Shown: piece by piece, positions 39,894 through 47,357 of the stretch
Layout: every line of letters begins with the position of its first letter
Position numbering within the stretch: the first letter of the stretch is position 1
Assembly (NCBI GenBank): GCA_947367255.1
Contig: CANBCZ010000003.1
Location: 53,612-117,611, forward strand
Length of the DNA: 64,000 bases
From: an uncultured Alistipes sp.
Lineage (GTDB): Bacteria > Bacteroidota > Bacteroidia > Bacteroidales > Rikenellaceae
Direction: 5' to 3'
Position numbers and translations under genes: made by a program
Notes under the pieces: model-generated
What the model was told of the DNA's origin: nothing
The model's input: the letters and a program-made list of their open reading frames with translations, nothing else
Databases searched by the model: none

Positions 39894-40880
39894 ATGAAAA
39901 AAATCAGATTTACAATAGTTTATGTCATATTTACGACATTGGCAACGCTATATACGACAGCGGAGGCTCGCCAAACTCGTGAGGAGTACATCGAGAGATA
40001 CAAATCTATTGCCGTAGCACATATGGAGCGTTACGGTATTCCGGCAAGTATCACAATGGCGCAGGGCATACTCGAGTCGGATGCCGGAAATAGTGCACTC
40101 TCTATCTCGTCAAACAACCACTTCGGCATAAAGTGCAAGAAGAATTGGACCGGCAGAAAGGTCTACCACGATGACGACGCCAAGGGCGAATGTTTCCGCG
40201 CATACCCCTCTGTCGAGGAGTCATATCAGGACCACGCCGAGTTTCTCGACTCATCACCTCGCTACGACTCGCTCTTTGCCTATCCGTCCAACGACTATCG
40301 CAGCTGGGCTCGCGGTCTGAAGGCTGCAGGATATGCCACAGCTCCCGACTACGCCGAGCGTTTGGTGGCAATTATCGAGAAGTACAACCTCCACCTGCTC
40401 GACCAGCAGGATGGCGATGCAATCTACTCATCGGGCAAAAATGCAAAGGAGAATGCCGAGTATTTCGCTATCCAGAGCACCATCAACCGACAGGAGGCTG
40501 TGGGTATCGACCCATTTCGCATCAGTTCGTCAATGCATAAGGGGTACAATGTCTACCGCACCAATAATACTTGCTATATCGTTGCTAAACAGGGCGATAC
40601 ATACTCCTCTTTGGGCAAAATCTTCGCCATTAGCGAGAAGATGCTCCGCCGCTTCAATGATGTAGATAAGTCGGAGACCCTGACCGAGAACGAGATTGTC
40701 TTTATCGAGCGCAAGAAGGATCGTTGGCTTGGCGACGCACTGCTGCACGAAGTCCGCGACGGCGAGGATCTTCACACCCTCAGCCAGACCTTCGGCATCC
40801 GCAAAAAGAACCTTGCCCGCCTCAACCACCTCCGCCCTAACAGCAGTCTGGAGAAGGGTCAGACGGTCAGAATTAGATAA
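39894..40880 (+). CDS. GH73 glucosaminidase (peptidoglycan hydrolase) with LysM domains
   Basis: IPASITMAQGILES, NNHFGIKC, GYATAPDYA; two C-terminal LysM repeats. Confidence 0.92.
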   Translation: MKKIRFTIVYVIFTTLATLYTTAEARQTREEYIERYKSIAVAHMERYGIPASITMAQGILESDAGNSALSISSNNHFGIKCKKNWTGRKVYHDDDAKGECFRAYPSVEESYQDHAEFLDSSPRYDSLFAYPSNDYRSWARGLKAAGYATAPDYAERLVAIIEKYNLHLLDQQDGDAIYSSGKNAKENAEYFAIQSTINRQEAVGIDPFRISSSMHKGYNVYRTNNTCYIVAKQGDTYSSLGKIFAISEKMLRRFNDVDKSETLTENEIVFIERKKDRWLGDALLHEVRDGEDLHTLSQTFGIRKKNLARLNHLRPNSSLEKGQTVRIR

Positions 40881-41128
40881 CACCGCAGATTTCACAATAC
40901 AACAACCCCAAGAGTTTGAACTTCTTGGGGTTGCTTATGTTTTACCTATACTGGAAGATGGGATTGACTTCGCTACGCTCGTCTTTCCCATCCGCTCGCC
41001 GCGGGGGCTCCTTCAAAGTTTGAAAGTATCTTTGACACTAACTTTTTTATTTACAGAGCCGTATGAGAACGAGTTCTCACGGCTATGTAAATAAAAAAAG
41101 CCTTGCGATTGCAAGGCTTTCAAACTTT

Positions 41129-41150
41129 GGGTGGAAGATGGGATTCGAAC
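41129..41150 (-). repeat. 22-bp duplicate of the tRNA-His 3' end (att-like)
   Basis: gggtggaagatgggattcgaac identical to 41363-41384; a 14-bp third copy at 40952-40965. Confidence 0.8.
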
Positions 41151-41363
41151 GGCTTTAGCCGTCACCGAGGGAGTGCCGTAGTCGCGCAGTGCGCGGTGCG
41201 GAGATACACGACCGAGGTAACCCTAACTTTTCCCATATTGCATTACTGAAAGCAGGTGCACGAAGTGCGGGATTTTTGTTTGGAGAGGAGTGGGAGCTGG
41301 CTCACAAACTCCGATACAAACAAAAAAAAGATGCGAGGCAAAACCTCGCATCCTGCTTTCAGG

Positions 41364-41438
41364 GGTGGAAGATGGGATTCGAACCCACGACCTTCGGAAC
41401 CACAATCCGTCACTCTAACCGACTGAGCTACATCCACC
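41364..41438 (-). tRNA. tRNA-His (GUG)
   Basis: Minus strand GGTGGATGTAGCTCAGTCGGTTAGAGTGACGGATT-GTG-GTTCCGAAGGTCGTGGGTTCGAATCCCATCTTCCACC; G-1 present; CCA not encoded. Confidence 0.95.
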
Positions 41439-41605
41439 ATATAATTCGTTTCCGAATCGGGGACAAAAGTAATACAGTTTTTTTACTCCTCCAAATTTTT
41501 TGGGAATCTTTTTTGATAAAATCACAAAAAAAAGTATTTTATATCTCCCAAAAACGAGCATTAGTCTAAAATTTACCTATATTTGCATTATAAAACCATT
41601 GAAAT

Positions 41606-42805
41606 ATGGAATCTATAAGAGAATTATACAAGGTTGGTTGTGGTCCTTCGAGCAGCCACACAATGGGTCCGAAGCGTGCAGCCGAGCAGTTTGCCGAGCG
41701 CACAGCAGGTGCCGAGGCTTATCGTGTAACACTATACGGATCTCTTGCTGCGACAGGTAAGGGTCACTTGACACACAGCGCCATACTCTCTGTACTGGAG
41801 CCGCTTGCACCGACAGAGATTATCTGGAAGGCAGATGTTGTGCTCGACTTCCACCCGAACGGAATGTTGTTCGAGGCATTGAAGGGTGGCGAGGTGTTCG
41901 ACAGCTGGCAGATATTCAGCGTCGGAGGAGGTTCTCTTGCCAACGAGAATACTGTAGCTACTGCGTCCGAGAGCATCTATCCGCTGACAACTATTCAGGA
42001 GATTAAGCAGTGGTGCTACGATGAGGGTAAGACCTATTGGGAGTATGTAGAGCAGTGCGAGGGTCCTGAGATTTGGGATTTCCTCGACAATATATGGAAT
42101 ATAATGTGCGAGACTGTGCAGCGCGGACTCAACAACGACGGCGTGCTGCCCGGAGGTCTTAAAGTTGCCCGAAAGGCGAGCACATACTATGTAAAGAGCA
42201 AGAGCTACACAGACTCACTGAGTTCTCGTGCCAAAATATACGCATACGCGCTCGCAGTTGCCGAGGAGAACGCCTCGGGTGGTACGGTAGTCACTGCACC
42301 TACCTGCGGCTCATGTGGCGTACTTCCGGGAGTGTTGTACCATATGACAACTTCGCGCGAGTTCCTCAGAATCAGAGTATTGCGCGCCCTTGCTACCGCG
42401 GGTCTGTTTGGTAATGTTGTTAAGACCAACGCCTCTATCTCGGGTGCCGAGGTGGGCTGTCAGGGCGAAATTGGTGTTGCCTGCGCTATGGCGGCAGCGG
42501 CAGCGTGTCAGCTCTTTGGCGGAACACCCGCACAGATCGAGTATGCGGCAGAGATGGGTCTTGAGCACCACTTAGGACTCACTTGCGACCCTGTTTGCGG
42601 ACTTGTACAGGTACCTTGTATTGAGAGAAATGCCGTAGCGGCAGCGCGTGCGCTGGATGCAAATGCATACGCAACACTCTCTGACGGTTCGCACTTGGTA
42701 TCTTTCGATAAAGTTGTCGAGGTAATGAAGGAGACCGGTATCAACCTGCCGAGCCTCTACCGCGAGACCTCCGAGGGTGGTCTGGCACTACATATTAAAC
42801 GATAG
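41606..42805 (+). CDS. sdaA: Fe-S dependent L-serine ammonia-lyase (single chain)
   Basis: GCGPSSSHTMGP, YGSLAATGKGH, APTCGSCGVLP, GCQGEIG, LTCDPVCGLVQVPCIERN. Confidence 0.95.
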   Translation: MESIRELYKVGCGPSSSHTMGPKRAAEQFAERTAGAEAYRVTLYGSLAATGKGHLTHSAILSVLEPLAPTEIIWKADVVLDFHPNGMLFEALKGGEVFDSWQIFSVGGGSLANENTVATASESIYPLTTIQEIKQWCYDEGKTYWEYVEQCEGPEIWDFLDNIWNIMCETVQRGLNNDGVLPGGLKVARKASTYYVKSKSYTDSLSSRAKIYAYALAVAEENASGGTVVTAPTCGSCGVLPGVLYHMTTSREFLRIRVLRALATAGLFGNVVKTNASISGAEVGCQGEIGVACAMAAAAACQLFGGTPAQIEYAAEMGLEHHLGLTCDPVCGLVQVPCIERNAVAAARALDANAYATLSDGSHLVSFDKVVEVMKETGINLPSLYRETSEGGLALHIKR

Positions 42806-42816
42806 AGATCAGAGTT

Positions 42817-43170
42817 ATGAAGATTGCAGTTCCTACACGTGACAATATGGTCGATAACCACTTCGGACATTGCGACCACTACACCATCTACACCATCGAG
42901 GAGGGAAGAGTTGCAGAGAGTTCTACCCTGCCATCTCCACAAGGCTGTGGATGTAAATCGAACATTGCCTCCGTACTGCAGCAGATGGGTGTAACCGTTA
43001 TGCTGGCAGGCAGTATGGGAAAGGGTGCAAAGAATAAGCTTGAGGCGCACAATATTCGCGTCATCCGAGGCTGCTCGGGTGTTGTAGAGAGTGTTGTCGA
43101 GGGCTTTTTGAAGGGTTTTGTATTCGACTCGGGCGTAGGATGTGTTGCGCACGAGTGCCACGAACATTAA
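42817..43170 (+). CDS. NifB/NifX-family (dinitrogenase FeMo-co-binding fold) protein
   Basis: KIAVPT, HFGHCDHY, GCGCK, MLAGSMGKGA; Cys/His-rich tail. Confidence 0.85.
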   Translation: MKIAVPTRDNMVDNHFGHCDHYTIYTIEEGRVAESSTLPSPQGCGCKSNIASVLQQMGVTVMLAGSMGKGAKNKLEAHNIRVIRGCSGVVESVVEGFLKGFVFDSGVGCVAHECHEH

Positions 43171-43179
43171 TAACACGAC

Positions 43180-43509
43180 ATGAACAAGTTAAAGACAAAT
43201 ATTATCATCGATATACTGATGCTCGCAGCAATGGCGACAGTCAGTGGTTCGGGCTACCTGCTTGATGAGGTTGTTCGCCGAGGTGTGAAATTTTTGGGTA
43301 TGAGCCGCGGAGTGTGGAGAGATATTCACCTCTGGTCGGGTATTATTATCGTTGTGCTGCTTATTCTGCACATCGTTTTCCACTGGAGCACCATCAACGG
43401 CTTCTTCAAGAAACATATTCCGAACGCTATTGCCCGCTATGCAGTATATATGCTGCTGTTGGCACTTGTTTTGATAGCTTCTATTCCATGGTTATTTATG
43501 AAATTATAA
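43180..43509 (+). CDS. DUF4405-like membrane protein
   Basis: SG.LL, WRDIHLWSG, LHIVFHW (two His in TM helices). Confidence 0.75.
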   Translation: MNKLKTNIIIDILMLAAMATVSGSGYLLDEVVRRGVKFLGMSRGVWRDIHLWSGIIIVVLLILHIVFHWSTINGFFKKHIPNAIARYAVYMLLLALVLIASIPWLFMKL

Positions 43510-43512
43510 ATT

Positions 43513-43671
43513 ATGAAAAAGTATCGTTGTATTGTTTGCGATTGGGTCTATGACCCTGCAGTCGGAGATCCTGACCACGGCATTGCTGCCGGAACCCCAT
43601 TTGAGGAGCTACCTGATGATTGGGCTTGCCCGCTATGTGGCGCCGGCAAAGAGGATTTCGAGGAGGAGTAA
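43513..43671 (+). CDS. Rubredoxin, 52 aa
   Basis: Hand translation [52 protein letters not shown]; two CxxC motifs. Confidence 0.97.
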   Translation: MKKYRCIVCDWVYDPAVGDPDHGIAAGTPFEELPDDWACPLCGAGKEDFEEE

Positions 43672-43706
43672 CAAAAAAACAGAGCAGTCGCTCTGTTTTT
43701 TTTGTT
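43670..43706. terminator. Bidirectional terminator
   Basis: aacaaaaaaacagagc-agtc-gctctgttttttttgtt. Confidence 0.85.
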
Positions 43707-43726
43707 ATTTGTCGCTTAACTCCCAT

Positions 43727-43815
43727 TTTGGCGTCAAAACGGGGCGGTAGTTCGATTAAAACAACAACCGATTTGTCGTCAAAACGTGTTAGAGATGGTG
43801 CATTTTCACGGCAAA
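43727..43815 (+). mobile_element. Internally deleted T1 element preceded by an extra T1 left end
   Basis: atttgtcgtcaaaacgtgttagagatggtgcat joined directly to ttttcacggcaaat. Confidence 0.6.
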
Positions 43816-43821
43816 TACAAA

Positions 43822-44844
43822 TTATATGGAGTGTGACAGAGGCGGCGGAACCACTCCCCCAAACTCATAATCCCCCCAACGCTCGGCAATTGACGATATA
43901 GTATCTTGAAGTTCATCGACATCGGTGAGGGTGACGAGTTTCATACGAGTCTGCTTGAAGTCGGGAAGTCCCTTGAAGTAGTTGGAGAGGTGGCGACGCA
44001 TCTCGAAGACACCGACCTTATCGCCCTTAATCTCTACGGACTTTGCAAGGTGTTCTTTTGCAATAGCGATACGCTCAAGGACTGATGGTTGCGGGAGCAG
44101 CTCGCCAGTTTCGAGGTAGTGCCTTACCTCGCGGAAGATCCATGGGCGACCATATGTTGCACGACCAATCATCACACCATCTACGCCATAGCGGTCAAAC
44201 ATCTGCTTAGCCTTCTCGGCGGAGTCAATATCGCCATTTCCGATAATCGGGATATGGATTGTCGGGTCGTTCTTAATCTTTCCAATCAGGGTCCAGTCCG
44301 CCTCACCGGTATATAGCTGGCAACGAGTACGACCGTGGATAGTCAGGGCTGCGATACCCACATCCTGCAGGCGATGGGCTATCTCCTCGATATTTTTACT
44401 ATCATCATCCCAGCCAAGGCGGGTCTTTACGGTAACAGGTTTCTTCACGGCATTGACTATCTGGCGAGTCATCTCGACCATCAGCGGCACATCACGCATC
44501 ATACCCGAGCCTGCGCCACGACCGGCAATCTTCTTCATAGGACAGCCGAAGTTGATGTCGATAACATCGGGATCAGCACCCTCGGCAATGCGTGCAGCCT
44601 CGACCATCGGCTCTATCTGGTTACCGTAGATCTGAATACCTACGGGGCGTTCAAAGTCGTTTATATTGAGCTTTGCAAGCGACTTGCGGGCATCGCGGAT
44701 AAGTCCGTCGGAGGAGATAAACTCCGTAGTTACCATATCTGCGCCAAATCGCTTACACATATAGCGAAATGACGGATCGGTAACATCCTCCATAGGTGCC
44801 AAAAAGAGCGCTCGGTCGCGCAACTGAACATCTCCAATCTTCAT
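43822..44844 (-). CDS. dusB: tRNA-dihydrouridine synthase
   Basis: LAPMEDVTD, IDINFGCP, GAGSGMM, TVKTRLGW, IHGRT, IGNGDI, MIGRA. Confidence 0.95.
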   Translation of the reverse strand: MKIGDVQLRDRALFLAPMEDVTDPSFRYMCKRFGADMVTTEFISSDGLIRDARKSLAKLNINDFERPVGIQIYGNQIEPMVEAARIAEGADPDVIDINFGCPMKKIAGRGAGSGMMRDVPLMVEMTRQIVNAVKKPVTVKTRLGWDDDSKNIEEIAHRLQDVGIAALTIHGRTRCQLYTGEADWTLIGKIKNDPTIHIPIIGNGDIDSAEKAKQMFDRYGVDGVMIGRATYGRPWIFREVRHYLETGELLPQPSVLERIAIAKEHLAKSVEIKGDKVGVFEMRRHLSNYFKGLPDFKQTRMKLVTLTDVDELQDTISSIAERWGDYEFGGVVPPPLSHSI

Positions 44845-45740
44845 TAGTCCCTCTTTTTATAGATTTGGTATGAGTTTACGATATTTTGCCAAACGATATA
44901 TGCTGTCGGAGCAACGGCAGAGAGCGGAGAGAGAAACGACTGCGCCATCCATATAGCAAGTATCGTATTCTTCTGTCCCAACGACTGTCCGCCGGCAACG
45001 GTATCGCCGTACTTTGCGCCGATCTTTCGACCCAGCGCAAACTGCGCAAGGCATATCACTGCCGATATTGCAGCCAGAATAATCTCGGTTTTAGCCTCGG
45101 TTGCACTGTGGTCAATGACAAATGCTGTCGTGCGACCCACGACAATCGAGAGCGACACGAGCCATATATAGAACGAATATCTGCTATGGTCGGCAACCCA
45201 TCCTGCCACCTTCGGGGTTAAAAATCGGCAGAGCTGTCCCGCCACAAAAGGTGCGACAAGCAGCGGTGCCACCTTGCTGAGAATCTGCATAAGTGTACAC
45301 TCGCCATCACCCACCCACGAGAGGATAAATGGTGCCACAAGTGCCGTTCCGAGGTTGCAGAGCAGGCTGTATGTTGTCATATTCTCGATATTTGCGCCAA
45401 GCATTCCTCCGATAACCACCGCAGCCATAGCAATCGGTGCGAGGGCGCATATCATCGCACCCTGAGCCACCGTCTGACCAAGTGGCAAAAAGAGTATGTA
45501 GAGCGCTACTGAGCCGACAATCTGCGCAGCAAAGAGAAAGAAGTGCATCATCGTCACACGCATCTTTGTAATATCTACACGACAGTATGTAAAGAAGAGC
45601 ATTACAAAGATAAGCAGTGGCGTCAGATATCCGGAGCTCCAGCTATCGAGAGCCACAATCTGACGACACAACAGAGCACCCACAACCATACCGAGAGGCA
45701 TAGAGAGGGTGCGCAGTGTATGTGACGACAGTTGTTTCAT
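44844..45740 (-). CDS. Bile acid:sodium symporter (BASS)-like transporter
   Basis: About 9-10 TM helices; APIAMAA, GQKNT motifs. Confidence 0.75.
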   Translation of the reverse strand: MKQLSSHTLRTLSMPLGMVVGALLCRQIVALDSWSSGYLTPLLIFVMLFFTYCRVDITKMRVTMMHFFLFAAQIVGSVALYILFLPLGQTVAQGAMICALAPIAMAAVVIGGMLGANIENMTTYSLLCNLGTALVAPFILSWVGDGECTLMQILSKVAPLLVAPFVAGQLCRFLTPKVAGWVADHSRYSFYIWLVSLSIVVGRTTAFVIDHSATEAKTEIILAAISAVICLAQFALGRKIGAKYGDTVAGGQSLGQKNTILAIWMAQSFLSPLSAVAPTAYIVWQNIVNSYQIYKKRD

Positions 45741-47347
45741 TACTCTATTCCGTCAAAGAAGTAAGGTGCATGGTTAAAGCCCTGCTTGTCGTAGAGCCTA
45801 CGCAGTATATGCATACGACGAGCAAAGTCATCATAATCCTTGTTCCCATACGACCAACCGGTCTCGGCAAGTGCTGCAAGACGCGGCAGGAGCATATGTT
45901 GCACATGGTCAAATGTAGAGATATACTCGGTCCAGAGGTTTACCTGCACACCCTTGATAAACTTCTGCTGCTCCTCGTTAAGCTCGGCATAAGGGTCAAG
46001 CTCATAGGTCTTGCGCAGTGTTACAGGGAAACGACCGTTACCGAGAGGCTCGCCATTTGCCTTATGGTCAGAGGTCTGGTAGTAGTCGATATAGCAGTGG
46101 GTATTTGGCGTCATAATAACCTGATTACCAAGCTTTGCAGCCGCAATACCTCCCTTGCTGCCACGCCACGACATAACTGTTGCACTCTTCGATATTCCGC
46201 CCTGCAAAATCTCATCCCAGCCGATAATCTTTCGACCACGCTCGGCAAGCCAACGCTCAACACGCTCCATAAAGTAGCTCTGAAGCTGGTTCTCGTCCTT
46301 AAGACCCTCCTCCTTGATGCGCTTCTGGCAGTGAGGGCACTTTTTCCACACATCACGCGGAGCCTCATCGCCGCCGATATGGATATACTTGTACGGGAAG
46401 AGCTCAAGCACCTCCGTAAGGACATTTTCGATAAACTCAAAGGTGCTCTCCTTACCTGCGCAGAAGATATCCTTGCTGATACCCCAGCGAGTCCAAACCT
46501 CATACGGACCGCCTGTACAGCCGAGCTCCGGATAGGTTGTAAGTGCCGCAATGGCGTGACCCGGCATCTCAATCTCCGGGATAACATCGATATATCGTGC
46601 AGCGGCATAGGCGACAATATCACGCACCTGATCCTGAGTAAATACGCCACCATAGCGGGTATTATCGTAGATCTTCGAACGGCGATTTCTGCCCACAAGG
46701 GTCTCGTTGCGATATGCACCGACAGCCGAGAGCTCCGGATAGCGCTTAATCTCTATACGCCAACCCTGATCCTCGGTAAGGTGCCAATGGAACTTGTTAC
46801 ACTTGTGCAGGGCGAGGATGTCGATATACTTTTTCACCTCCTCGACAGTAAAGATATGGCGGCAGACATCGAACAGGCTACCGCGATACTCAAAGTGCGG
46901 CTTATCGCTAATTTCGACACCACAGAGTGCCACACCGCCCTTTACAGCATCCGATGCAGCAGCAATCTGCAGAAGGCTCTGTAATCCGTAGAATACGGCA
47001 CGCTCCGTTCCACCGACAATACGCACGCCATCCTTCGAGATGTTGAGTCTATACTCCTCCGGCTGCAGCGAGCTCTCCAGAGCAAGGCTGATAGCGCCAC
47101 TCTTTACAGTCGAGCGCTTAACTGCGAGCTTCGAGCCGGTAACGGCAGCCAAATCCTCTGAAAATATTGTTGCAGCACCAACAAGCGACTGCACCTCAGC
47201 ACGCACAACGGTCTTTGGTGTGAGGATAAACTCCCCCTCAACGGCTCTGCATTTAACAGGTCGTGGCACGATGACATTGGCATAATCTGCAGCAAAAACT
47301 ACAGATGTGCAGGCAAGTGCCGCGATAAGTAAAAATAATCTTCTCAT
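45740..47347 (-). CDS. Beta-N-acetylhexosaminidase (GH20)
   Basis: YRGSLFDVCRH, HWHLTEDQGWRIEI, PEIEMPGH, HIGGDE, LWTEY. Confidence 0.95.
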   Translation of the reverse strand: MRRLFLLIAALACTSVVFAADYANVIVPRPVKCRAVEGEFILTPKTVVRAEVQSLVGAATIFSEDLAAVTGSKLAVKRSTVKSGAISLALESSLQPEEYRLNISKDGVRIVGGTERAVFYGLQSLLQIAAASDAVKGGVALCGVEISDKPHFEYRGSLFDVCRHIFTVEEVKKYIDILALHKCNKFHWHLTEDQGWRIEIKRYPELSAVGAYRNETLVGRNRRSKIYDNTRYGGVFTQDQVRDIVAYAAARYIDVIPEIEMPGHAIAALTTYPELGCTGGPYEVWTRWGISKDIFCAGKESTFEFIENVLTEVLELFPYKYIHIGGDEAPRDVWKKCPHCQKRIKEEGLKDENQLQSYFMERVERWLAERGRKIIGWDEILQGGISKSATVMSWRGSKGGIAAAKLGNQVIMTPNTHCYIDYYQTSDHKANGEPLGNGRFPVTLRKTYELDPYAELNEEQQKFIKGVQVNLWTEYISTFDHVQHMLLPRLAALAETGWSYGNKDYDDFARRMHILRRLYDKQGFNHAPYFFDGIE

Positions 47348-47357
47348 GTTTTATAGG

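Noticed and set aside
41129-41220. Second tRNA or pseudo-tRNA
   Set aside because: Only the T-loop 3' half and acceptor strand are present; no D or anticodon arm
41189-41569. ORFs overlapping the tRNA-His region
   Set aside because: Translations of tRNA and terminator sequence with no coding signal
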